A stretch of DNA of 63,496 nt, counting the filler, from Trichosphaerium sp. ATCC 40318 (taxonomy: Eukaryota > Protista > Tubulinea): NCBI GenBank assembly GCA_038496445.1. It is 3 parts of 3 records of this genome, joined end to end, with 100 filler letters (N's around TTAATTAATTAA, not from the genome) between each part and the next. Parts side by side here need not be neighbours in the genome. Positions count along the whole stretch, not along the records: positions 1 to 27,340 come from JALMLS010000002.1; positions 27,441 to 52,699 come from JALMLS010000284.1; 1 more part is not named here. The stretch is one strand, 5' to 3'. The notes below the pieces were generated by a model, which had not been told where the DNA came from, ran no database searches, and saw only the letters and a program-made list of their open reading frames with translations. The position numbers and the translations under genes were made by a program. The number at the start of each line of letters is the position of its first letter. Position 1 is the first letter of the stretch. Below are positions 24,498 through 36,106 of the stretch, piece by piece.

Positions 24498-25340
24498 TTA
24501 TTTAGGATTCCATGTAATGCCTAACGCTTCAACAGCTTCCTTTGTAATTGCTGTGTTTTCTCCATTGATGTGTATTGATTTGAGAAACTTCAAGTGTGGA
24601 AGACAATCACTTGTTATTCCTGGACAATTGAAAAGTGTAAGATGCTCCAGATGTACTAACTGCTTTAACCCTTCGTCTGTTATAAAAGAAAAACTTATAT
24701 CAAGATGTTTGACCTTAGTCAAACATTTAATACCATCATCTGTAACAGAGGCACCCACATAAATATGAACTATAGGTACATTACCAAGATGTCTAAGCCA
24801 TGCGTCATATGTTCGACCAAGCACTATTGTATGTACATCTTTAAGAGCTTTTATCCCTTCAACAGTAATGTTATCACAGTTGTAAACATCTATTGTGTGT
24901 ACACCACTGAGCGCTTTCAATGAAGTGTCTGTTACATTTGTTGAGCTCAAGCTAATACTATGAATATTATGCTTTCCTCCTTGTGTCAGTAAGACGATAT
25001 CTCTATCTGTAACCTTTGTATACCCAAAATCTATGGTATGAACGCCAAAAAGGCATGATATGTCACTTTTTGATAGCTTCAAACCCCAAACAACATTAAT
25101 TTTAGTGTTTTTAAGTAAAGGACTGCCTTTGAGAACAGAGAAATCAGGTATCCATTTCAATTTAATACTTTTGAAGCCGATATTGTAGCGGATGATGTTA
25201 TTGAATAGATGAGAGACTATAGAAGCTCTAATACGCTGTTTTTTATCCAAGTAGGTTAAAATATGTGTTAACGTCTCTGGCGGAAGCTGTTGAAGCGGCT
25301 TGATTTGTTTTATTTCATGTAAGTGACGTTTTGATGACAT
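24498..25340 (-). CDS. Intronless F-box/LRR protein
   Basis: LQQLPPETLTHILTYL F-box plus LRRs. ATG at 25340 (MSSKRH) matches the paralog start MSSKQL. Confidence 0.9.
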   Translation of the reverse strand: MSSKRHLHEIKQIKPLQQLPPETLTHILTYLDKKQRIRASIVSHLFNNIIRYNIGFKSIKLKWIPDFSVLKGSPLLKNTKINVVWGLKLSKSDISCLFGVHTIDFGYTKVTDRDIVLLTQGGKHNIHSISLSSTNVTDTSLKALSGVHTIDVYNCDNITVEGIKALKDVHTIVLGRTYDAWLRHLGNVPIVHIYVGASVTDDGIKCLTKVKHLDISFSFITDEGLKQLVHLEHLTLFNCPGITSDCLPHLKFLKSIHINGENTAITKEAVEALGITWNPK

Positions 25341-25385
25341 AAGGTCACTATTTCGTTTTTTACTAGATTGACCCACGTTGAGCAC

Positions 25386-25858
25386 TTTTCATGTTCTCGT
25401 TTTGCATGAAGTTCTTGAATGTATTCAAGTCAGGATCGCTTGGCACACATGTTCCAGCGATGTCACCTGGTAAATTTGGAAAGAAAGGATGAAGGTGAAG
25501 GAATGAAACAAAAGTGTATCCTGATCTGATATCTGCGCTTACAGCACTTGTGATTTGTGATGTTGGAGAAACGCTGGCATCAGGTCCTAGTTGTACATAA
25601 AGGCGCCAATCATTCCCCTAAACATTACGCAAGTTAGACCAATCATCAGTACGCAAACTTTAATGCCCAAAAGGTTAGAAATTTAATAGTAACACATTTT
25701 AATTGTGCACGTGACAAATTAAAAAAGTAAGTAAGATCTAATATGTCAACCAGACTTTCTCTTTCGAAACTGTTACAGAAGCACGTGCTGCGTCAAATTG
25801 TGCTACGTTTTCCAAACACTGTATTTACGTTTTTACACGTGCCTTTTGAAGACCCATG
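25386..25858 (-). pseudogene. Inverted partial copy of the JAB-like gene (20668-20978) with a ~157-bp extra segment
   Basis: 25386-25634 is a near-identical reverse complement of 20730-20978. 25792-25858 matches 20668-20731 less exactly. Confidence 0.85.
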
Positions 25859-26350
25859 GCTTAAATGTCATATAAGGTTCCACCATACTCCAGAGTGAGC
25901 GCTAATACGTTTGGTATAGCATAGTGGTTAGTACGCAACACAAACAGACGGAATCTTATTTTCCGGAATTGTTTCATTTCACTACCTTGTTATTCATATG
26001 AAATCTCTTTGTCGCTGTTGTCATTGATGTGTTAAGGGAGCAACTCGTGTAAGAAGTTATAAAATCTCCTTTCTGGTAAAACTCCACAAACGACCTTGTA
26101 CATACTCTAGGTCCGCTATTCTACGCGTAAATAAGCGTATGAGGCCTAGCCACTTTTATCCAAGAAAGTTTGTTGTCAAATTGATGATTGATGCTGTGCC
26201 GGATATCAGATGATAACTAAATGCAAAAAAACGCAAGTGGAATTTTTTTCTGAATAATAGAATAATTAGGAACACACTCTATTTTTGGACCAGGTTTTAG
26301 CTAACCAAAAACAAAATTGTACCAACATAACAAGCAAAGCATAACTTGCA

Positions 26351-27340
26351 ATGAATTACAGTGGACATGCATTTGTTCTCGTTGCCATCATTATCGGGTT
26401 GGCCGCAACACAAACCCCTAACGCCTTTATAAATTCTGATCCCAGTGGAATCCAAATACGCATGATTGCAAACGATAACATAGTTGTACACTGTACGTAT
26501 CACAAAAAAAGTATTTATATTTTTTTAACAAATTATCGTAGCATGCTCAATCCCAGGGGTAAGAACAATGACATACTTGCCTTCTAAAAACTTGCTTTTT
26601 GTTGCAACACCTCAACAAAACCCAATAGCCTCAACCCTCCTTATTATGGACCCTTATACATGTCAAATACAAGTACGCACGTCTTTCAAGAGAATTGCAA
26701 CGTTCAAATACTCAAAGTCGGCAATCGCTCCTACATTTGTGTTTTATTTTCTAATTCTACCCGAGAGCGATAGCCTTGGTCTATGTAACCTCAGTTTCAA
26801 GCAAACACAATACTAAAACTAACTATAGGAGGAATGCAATTTAAGCTTCGGGTTCTCTTCAATAAGCGTAGATCCAAACACTGAGATACTTTACGCCATT
26901 AGTAGTGCAGCAAATGAAATCGGAACTACGTTTTTTACCGAAATAGACTACTCAACCTGCAATACGACTGATATCACTTTTTCCCTTGCCTGTGAAGCTA
27001 ATTTAACCGCCTCAGGATCAGCGCGTGCGTCTCGATTACATTTGCTACGTTACAAAACGAGTATTTCGCAAAACAATATTTTTTATTTTCTGAAATTCCT
27101 CATCTCCTTTTTTGGAAAGACTACAGGTTGGAAAACTGCCGGCTACGTTTTTTTCGTTTCGTTTATTTTCGTACTTTACAAAAGAGTTAAACGTATTTGT
27201 ACTTTTTAATGTTCCACTACTAATTGCTTTCAATCTATAGTCGTGTTTAGCGATTCAACACTGGTAGCAAGTAGTATTAATGGATTAATATCAGATTATT
27301 CCTTCTTTTTAATGCACCAAATTGTATTGATCTTCTACAA
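26351..27340 (+). CDS. Paralog of the 11439 surface protein, truncated by a gap
   Basis: MNYSGHAFVLVAIIIGLAATQTPNAF with the same intron positions as the 11439 gene. Confidence 0.8.
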
Positions 27341-27440
27341 NNNNNNNNNNNNNNNNNNNNNNNNNNNNNNNNNNNNNNNNNNNNTTAATTAATTAANNNN
27401 NNNNNNNNNNNNNNNNNNNNNNNNNNNNNNNNNNNNNNNN
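27341..27440. other. Scaffold gap with artificial TTAATTAATTAA linker
   Basis: N runs flanking a linker with stops in all frames. Confidence 0.95.
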
Positions 27441-28207
27441 AAATGTCAATGGATCAAAATATCATACTTGTAATGGTACAAACGCAGAAGTTGGTGAACT
27501 ATGTCACAAGCAACTTTCTATCAACGGACGTTCGCTAAACGTCCAATTCTTCCCTTCAGAGTGCGCAGCAGCTGCAGCTAGGGATCCTGAATGTGCAGGC
27601 CATGTATCAATATACGGAGGTAGTCTATATGTTGGCTCTAAACGAAGTGGAAAATGCTACTGCCAAAAAGGTAGAGTGTTGTAATGGGTGTCATCGCATA
27701 TCTAGAAATGAACGTTGGACATTATTCGATGTTGAATACTTGTAAACCTATAACAATAAAACCATCCTTGTGAATTAAGAGTACACTAAATCGTTGAGTC
27801 TTGTGATCTGTGACAAACATTACTTTTATTGGAAAAAACCAAGAATCAAACAAATGACGCTGATTCAATTTTTTCCTACGCCTAGGACGCACTTGGATAA
27901 CTCTCAAGTATTGGTGTATAATTAATTGTTTAGTTTGTCATATATGAAGACGTATGCTTCTTAAAATAGTGAGGAACTATCAATGCACAACAACTAGTTG
28001 TTTATTACAAATCCGAGCTAGTAGTTCTTGAACGATTGCTAGTATAGATCAACCAATACACTAATCAAAGATGCTGTCATTAACGTATTACAGCGGGCGA
28101 AAACTCCTAACGTTTTCCCATCATACAGCCTTGAAATTTCTATTAATAAGCTACAAAAGACATATGAGTTTGTTTTTGTGAAATGGTCGAGCACTTTATT
28201 TGATGTT

Positions 28208-29760
28208 TTACAAAATAGTTACAATGTTAGTAAATGTTTGTTCTTGTGTTGCATCATTATCGAATATATTATCATCATAAAGAACTGCTTGCTGGTCAAT
28301 AACAGTATTAATATGAGGAGTGAAAGTATCACCAAAATCAAGACCAACAAGAACACCATAACGACTAACAAGAAGGTTTGTTAAAACAGTTTCCAATGTA
28401 ACTTCATCAACAATAACACCTTGAGCATGTACAGAAAGTCTTTGTAACCTTGGTACCATACTACTATTAGCTAGAGACTCAAAGAAGTTTACTTTATCAG
28501 AAATTGATGCATCAGCATAACCAAGAGTAGTAATAGAAGAATTTGGGTTGTTAAGAGCATCTAAGAAAAGCTTGTTGTAACTTTCTTCGAATCCAGGAAT
28601 TTCATGGCTAAATCACGTGTAAGTGTCAAATGTCAAACACCAAAAAAAATCAAAAATTCGAGAAAACTACGATCACGTGTGTTTTGTGAAACGTCGGGTT
28701 TTATCCTCAAGGCATGTAAAACTAATTTACATCATAATATAACGTAAATGATGTTGTAACGAAGCTGTAGCGTCAGCAGAATAAAAACTTCTTTTCAAAA
28801 AAAAAAAAAAAGAATTTCACGACAGGTTTGGAAGCGCTTGACAACAAACATATCCAAATATCTAAACGACTGTGTTACGTACTTATTACAGAACCTTATG
28901 AGAAGAGTCTTCAATGATGAATTATACTTTATAGACTTCATCAATACATAGAAAGTCTCCTTCTGAAAACAACACCATCCAAACATAAATACGTTAAAAC
29001 ATTTCTTTCAAGCCTATAAGTCATAGCTTTTGTTATAGCCATATCGATAACATATCCATTATTACTCAACCTTGTAGCTTTTGTAATATTCCTACAAAGT
29101 ATCTTCTTTATAAGGTCAAAAGAGAGGAACTGAAAGAGACCATCTTGCTTGTATTTCGAGATAAGGATCAATCTAACTTCTGACCATGTGAAATCACTTG
29201 ATACCTTATTTATAGTAGATACACGCCAACCAGATGCTTGTTCCGAGTTTACGAAAACGTTTATAGCGTTTATAGTAATATTGCCGTTATACCTTTTAAT
29301 AAATACGTTAATGAATGCGCTATACGATAAACAGCGGAACAATGGCATCGTTGTGGTTTATTTGCTAAAAACCGACAACTTTTTATTAAAATCATAATTT
29401 GAAGCCTTTTTCTAGTCTGCGATGGTGTGTAGTATAAAATAGCGAATGTTTGACGCCGACGTACAAATCTGGATGATAATCAACTTGATACGGCGTTAAA
29501 CGCCCTAAACGCTTTGTGAACTCCGCAACCACCTCTTTTAACTTGTGTACACGCGTCTTCGGTATTAGATAATTTAGAACATTCTTGCGATCCCATACTG
29601 ACATACAAAAGCACTCTGGTTTGGATCCAGAGTCACGAAATATGAATGTTTTGCCTTTTGCTTTTTTACCATGTACAAGAAGGCTTTGCGCATCTTCTTC
29701 CCTTAGTATTGGAAGGTAGAAACCCATAATGCCACCCCAGAGTTGTTTACGCAACCGCAA
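28208..29760 (-). CDS. SH2-LRR gene, left-arm copy (contains indels)
   Basis: Inverted copy of 37187-38734, with frame breaks near 28960 and 29340 relative to the right-arm copy. Confidence 0.6.
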
Positions 29761-30023
29761 CTGTAGGCTGAAGAAAATACAAGACTTCCATTGTGACTTT
29801 TCAAAGTTATTTTTTTTTATTGAGATGACTTCTAACCTTCGAATACCTCTTCAGCAGAATAACAAAATGAGTCAGCTCAGTAACTTCGGACTTGAGTCAA
29901 ACTACAAGGACTAAGACAGCAACATAACACGTGCTATGTTTGTATCAAGTAGAAATACTGCTGTGATTTGAACTATTTATTTAACTACAATTTGCCATTC
30001 ATGTTTCTCAACTAATGAGTTGT

Positions 30024-30839
30024 TTATTTGACTGAAAAAGTCCACTGTGTACTTCCTATGGTTTCAGGCATATTACCAGTGTGCTTTAGTGATGAATCAT
30101 TAAAAACAACAGAGTACATTCCGGCAAGAATATTATCAGAAACCCAAACAATCGTTGGGCGTTTTTGTTTAGTCCACTTTCCTTTACGACTCTCAATACA
30201 TCCTGGAACGATTTCTCCTTGTTCATTCTTTACTATAAAGTCAGTACCAGATACTATCTTGTCCAACAAGATGGTAAAAAAGTCATCTCCACCAGGGTAC
30301 GAGAAACGTTTGAATTGCAAAGATATCTCCACTTGTGACTCATAAGGACAATCAGGTATCTCGTGATGCTGTAGTACAGCCTTGCAGTATGGTAGCCTAC
30401 CGCAGTGCTTACAAACATCCTCAGATCTCTTGTCGTGTCTTGTTGTAGGGCACTTTTGTTCAAACTTGAAACGTTCGCTGTGAGTATGTATCTTATCCCC
30501 GGATGCTCTTGTTTCGTATTTCACTCGCGTGAGGAGTGTAGTAGGAGGTGCTAGGCCTGCTCCAAGAGCGAAGACGATGAAAACCTCATTCTTCTCACCT
30601 GGAACGAAACCAAGCTCTGATACTCTTGCGAGAGGACAAAGCAGTTGTCTTTTGAATACACAACGGTCCAATGAGGCAACGCTAACAGTTTCTATTGTGT
30701 TGCCGCTGTAAGAAGGGTTTTTAACCAAAATAAGGCGTTTTGCGTATTCCCAGAGCATTTCAGGTTGTTTGCTCAACTCCAGGGTTACTTTGTAGCTAGA
30801 ACCGCTTAAAGCCTTTATAGTGATTGTAATATCAGTCAT
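30024..30839 (-). CDS. Ubiquitin-like / Ig-like protein, left-arm copy (271 aa)
   Basis: Intact ORF nearly identical to 36107-36922. Confidence 0.8.
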   Translation of the reverse strand: MTDITITIKALSGSSYKVTLELSKQPEMLWEYAKRLILVKNPSYSGNTIETVSVASLDRCVFKRQLLCPLARVSELGFVPGEKNEVFIVFALGAGLAPPTTLLTRVKYETRASGDKIHTHSERFKFEQKCPTTRHDKRSEDVCKHCGRLPYCKAVLQHHEIPDCPYESQVEISLQFKRFSYPGGDDFFTILLDKIVSGTDFIVKNEQGEIVPGCIESRKGKWTKQKRPTIVWVSDNILAGMYSVVFNDSSLKHTGNMPETIGSTQWTFSVK

Positions 30840-31029
30840 TGCTTGTGTTGTATTGCTTTATTAGTTTGTTTCGAAGGTTAAAAGGAAATCATGAGAACTT
30901 TTCGTAGTATTCAACTTTTCTAGAAATGACGGTTGGTTTTCTTACATTAGAAGTATGTGAGCGAAGATACCCATGTATTCTAAGTAGGCGTTGATAACAA
31001 AGTTCAAGAACACATGAAACATTTTCAAA

Positions 31030-31979
31030 TAAACCCGTATGTGTATTGTATATTCACGTGAAGTTGTGCATTCTTCAAAACATCCTGAGCTTTGTTTGTG
31101 ATAAAAACCTTCTTGTATTTTTTTTTCAAGTAAGCTACCTTTCCTGTATCTCCTACCAAAGGTTATTTATAAAACCCAAAACAACATGATCAAATAATTA
31201 TAAACCACATACTGCAATAAACAAGAATAGGTGTTTTAGCACATGTTTTAATCTTTCTTATACTTTTCACTAACTTTTCTGCTGCAAGCTCATCTCCATC
31301 ACCCTTACGATAACTGTTTGTGATAATACGTAACCTGTTGTTACAAAACCCTTTAAACTTTTGAATCCATGCCAAAATCTCAGATGATGACTTCATGCTC
31401 AATACCTTTTTTTGAAGTGTTTTTGTTAAACAGAGCCACATGTCTCAGTTATTTTGTTGAAGTACCTCTGTTTTCTTCTGTCGTTTTCTTAATAGCTCCA
31501 CTATCTTCATATTTTCATTTGATAGATTGTTGTCAACCCATAATACAAGGCACTTTGCATCTCTGTACTTGAGTTTATATGCCTTCATATTAGCACTGTC
31601 TATTGCTTTATAATACACAAGATATCGTGGGAGAATCTACTGCCAGTAAACAAGTACTCAATGAGTGTCGATTTGCAGGTACTTGGTTTTTTGAAAAGAC
31701 GACAATCTCATTTTGGTCTATTTTGTCATCATAACCGCATGGGAATCCATTTGATTTAGTGATAACATAGTGAGAATCGTATCCTTTCTAGAAAATGTTC
31801 AGTAGTGAACCATCAATCTACAAGCTGAAGTCTACCAGCAGTGCTTCTATAGTACCTTGCATTTCTTTCCTAAAAGGCTTTTGGGATCATTCACTACAGG
31901 TTTCTCTGTTGCAGGGTATGGGTTTCCCATCATTACCCATGATATTAACATGCACGGGTTCGTACTTTGACCCCATTCA
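31030..31979 (-). pseudogene. Inverted 3' fragment of the ROCO-PARP gene (C-terminal half of PARP plus receiver-like domain)
   Basis: Reverse complement of 35052-35990. Lacks the HGT and GIYF motifs. Confidence 0.8.
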
Positions 31980-31994
31980 AAATGAATGAATTAG

Positions 31995-34900
31995 CAGTTA
32001 AACATTTCCAAACAACGTATTGGATGGCCTTAACAAACCTGCCGTCAACACACACATATTGTTGAAGGAGCAAATTATACCAACTATACATTTATTGACC
32101 AATTTGAAGCAAAAATAATGATTGTGGGTCATGAAGGTTCAGGTGACCACATACTCTATTGGATGTTACTAAATTCTATTGATTTACTAGGAAAGACAAC
32201 ATTGGTGAGGAAATTGGCAAAAGAAACAGATACAATAGCTGATTCTACAATTGGGTTTGATACCTCCAATCTCAAGTTAGCTTTTTTGTGCTGGCGTTGG
32301 TTTAACATGATTTAGATTCAATGGCATATCATTCACAGTATTGACTTTGCGGCCAGATAGAATATAAAGGTTACATAAGTATTTTTTCACAAAACAACTT
32401 GCCATTTACATTATTGTTGTACGTCAATGGTGTCATCACAGTCGTTCAATTAATACTATTTATAGATTGACTTATCTTACCAATTAAAACACAGCAAGCA
32501 CACCTCAAGTACTGGTGTCATACTCTATCTAAGGTTCTGCATGAAAAAGATTCAAAATTGTATTCAGTCATTGTATTTGGATCCAAACTGGACATCTGCT
32601 CAGGCGATCTAGAAACTAGTAAAAAAGTCCTACAGTATACTGGAATATCACTTGTACAATATCAATGCTTGGACGGTATTGCCCACACATTTGGAAATTT
32701 TCGCTAAGCTAGATTTTCTTAGGTGTTAAAGCTCTTGTCAAAATACTAGAGAATCAAGCAAAGTTTATGAAGTCTTATTATCCACGAGTATTATTGATGA
32801 ACGTTGATATAAAAACAGCACTGAAGAATAGTATCACCAACAAAGATAGCCTAAAAGGTAACATCTTATCAATGTATGTTCTTATTTACTAGCATGCCAA
32901 TTCATTCTGAAAAAACTTTACACAGCAAGCAAGTGATGAAGTTGCTACCTCCAAGTTGCGTAATGGCTCCTATAGAGTTGGTTGCCGCTTTGAATTACCT
33001 TCATTCTATTGGTAGTATCATGTTTGATGAGGTACATTTCTTCTCACAAACATCAAAGTAATTTCTTTCTTTAGTCATCTTATATGGTGTGTTTACATCC
33101 TCCTATTCTATCTAGCATCATGAGCGCTTTTTTAGCACCGAGAGAACATTTGAATAGATTAATGGAAAGCAACAGTCATAGTCATTGTGCTGTATTCACC
33201 AATTCAGAGGTTAAATCCCGAATCTCTAAGCTGTATCCAAACTGCACTTCACGTCAAGTAAAACAAGTGATGAACTTCTTAGTGCAGATGTTGTTTTGTG
33301 TTTGCTTGACAAAAGAAGAGAAGGTAACTGTTTTTTGTGGCCAGCATAACAACATATAGGCAATTTACGGTACCGGTGGATACATCATAATCTCATTATT
33401 GCCTAAAGTGGATATGCTTTACTTGCCTCCATTGACCAACAAGGAGCAAAAAATCATGTTAGTTCAGACTAAAGAGAACAAAAAACCATCTGTGTCGCCT
33501 CAAGTATTTTGTTTGTCCAAGTCACCAAAAGAGTGGAAGATATTATCATATGTACCTACAACAGACAGCAAAGTCATACAAAAGGTGATCAAGACAGTCG
33601 CCATAAACAAGAAGCATAAACAAATAGTACGTCGATTATTAAGACAAGCATTAATGAATCCTAAGGCGCTTCCTACTAACTATGAGCACGTGCCACACAA
33701 TTCAAAGTTCTTGGCGTTCGAATTCAAATCACAAGATCTATCAGTAGATGTCTTTAATGATTTGCAAAGAAGATTGCGAAGTATGTCATCAACCGTACCA
33801 CCAAAAACTAACACTTAAAATAGAGTTCCAAAACAAAGAGTTCCGCTTATTTTCAAACTTGATCATACTATCTGATTTTTATGGCAATCTTATCGTTTTG
33901 TATTACATTGATAATACAATCAAAGTTGTTATTAGAGGCATAGCACCGTGGTTATGGACGGTACAACAATAGAAAAAGAAAGAACATTTATTAACAGCTT
34001 ATTTGTTAGGAATGTCTTGACCCTTACTTAAACCCATTAAATATAGTACCATCTCAACTATGTCCGGTTAGAATACAAAGTGGACAGTTTTTGAAGGTTA
34101 TGAAATGCCCATATCAGTGCAAGAAAACAAGTAAGTGTCACCATAGTAAAACACAACACATATAACCTGACGTGTATAGAACATATTATCACTACATCTC
34201 ATTTGAAACAAGGTTATCCCATGCTGAAAGATGGGAGGCATCACCTCTGGAGTAGCTTGCATGGTGAAGATTTCTTAAAAGCAGGCGACTGGAGTACACC
34301 TAAGAATTGTCCTGGGTTACGGATTACCTTTCTTACAAAAAATGAAAAGAACAAGGTATAACCCCTATATATATCTTTGCTTTCTCACTGAAAATATTGA
34401 CAAAAGGAACGTTATGATGAATACCTGAGGGCTTGTAATATTTTTTATAAGTTTATGGGAACAGAAAGCGAATCTTTCTATAAATTGGAAAAGATTGCAT
34501 TCTTGGACAATCCGAAACTTGAAGCCAACTTTAAAAAACAGTACCAAGTTTTTGTGAAAAAAGTGCTTCAATCAGATCGATCAAGTGAGCCAGATAAACA
34601 ATATGTTCATTTGTTATTTGGATTTCTTGTTTAATTGCTTTAGGTTCAAAGGACAGTGTCACAGTGGATAGTATAAGTAAATCACAAGAAAGAACTCTTA
34701 ACATTTGAAGAATTATGTGATGCACGTTTCTGGAAATGAGCAAATCAACCTTATACCTGGATTACATGGCACATCAGAGGCATGCAATAAATCAATCCGG
34801 AAGTAGCGTTGTACTAACTTATGCTTGAGTAGGAAACTAGCTATAAGATTGCATGTAGTAACTTTAGAGAACCACATGAAAACTCAAACAAGAAAGATCC

Positions 34901-35967
34901 AGGGTATTATGGTAAGGACAGGATGTTGAATGAAAATATATTAGCTAAAATTGACATAGGAGACGGCATTTACTTTACTCAATACCCTGATTGTGGTATA
35001 TAGAAATTTTTTTGATAAATGTGTAACAACTGGTATAGGGAGGAAATATGCTGAATGGGGTCAAAGTAGTACAAACCCGTGCATGTTAATATCATGGGTA
35101 ATGATGGGAAACCCATACCCTGCAACAGAGAAACCTGTATTGAATGATCCCAAAAGCCTTTTAGGAAAGAAATGCAAGGTACTATAGAAGCACTGCTGGT
35201 AGACTTCAGCTTGTAGATTGATGGTTCACTACTGAGCATTTTCTAGAAAGGATACGATTCTCACTATGTTATCACTAAATCAAATGGATTCCCATGCGGT
35301 TATGATGACAAAATAGACCAAAATGAGATTGTTGTCTTTTCAAAAAACCAAGTACCTGCAAATCGACACTCTTTGAGTACTTGTTTACTGGCAGTAGATT
35401 CTTCCACGATATCTTGTGTATTATAAAGCAATAGACAGTGCTAATATAAAGGCATATAAACTCAAGTACAGAGATGCAAAGTGCCTTGTATTATGGGTTG
35501 ACAACAATCTATCAAATGAAAATATGAAGATAGTGGAGCTATTAAGAAAACGACAGAAGAAAACAGAGGTACTTAACAAAAAAAACTGAGCCACGTGGCT
35601 CTGTTTAACAATAACACTTCAAAAAAAGGTATTGAGCATGAAGTCATCATCTGAGATTTTGGCATGGATTCAAAAGTTTAAAGGGTTTTGTAACAACAGG
35701 TTACGTATAATCACAAACAGTTATCGTAAGGGTGATGGAGATGAGCTTGCAGCAGAAAAGTTAGTGAAAAGTATAAGAAAGATAAAAACATGTGCTAAAA
35801 CACCTATTCTTGTTTATTGCAGTACGTGGTTTATAATTATTTGATCATGTTGTTTTGGGTTTTATAAATAACCTTTGGTAGGAGATACAGCAAAGGTAGC
35901 TTACTTGAAAAAAAAATACAAGAAGGTTTTTATCACAAACAAAGCTCAGGATGTTTTGAAGATTTAA
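31995..35967 (+). CDS. Multi-exon Roc GTPase-COR-PARP-like ADP-ribosyltransferase-receiver-like fusion; 5'-truncated, several indels
   Basis: KIMIVGHEGSG|KTTL (intron 32143-32190), STIGFD, VFDFA(G)Q, GSKLD. COR-like ALNYLHSIGSI..LHPPILSSIM. PARP LHGTS (34765), YG|DGIYFTQ, GYDSH, NEIVVF..|ILPRYLVYY. Then VLWVDNN..RIITNSYR..PILVYC. Confidence 0.75.
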
Positions 35968-36106
35968 GAGAATGCACAACTTCACGTGAGTAAGAAAACC
36001 AAGCGTCATTTCTAGAAAAGTTGTTTTTTCATTGAATACTACGAAAAGTTCTCATGATTTCCTTTTAACCTTCGAAACAAACTAATAAAGCAATACAACA
36101 GAAGCA

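Larger units (their letters stand above)
27441..31979. repeat. Left arm of ~4.5-kb inverted duplication
   Basis: Reverse complement of 35052-39504 with scattered SNPs and indels. Paired ORFs 30024/36107, 29392/37142, 28208/38483. Confidence 0.95.

Noticed and set aside
25908-25945. tRNA-like D-arm/A-box (tagcatagtggttagtac)
   Set aside because: No anticodon stem, T-arm (GTTCGA) or acceptor pairing follows.
27384-27396. TTAATTAATTAA palindrome inside N runs (also ~52744)
   Set aside because: Assembly spacer with stops in all frames; not biological.
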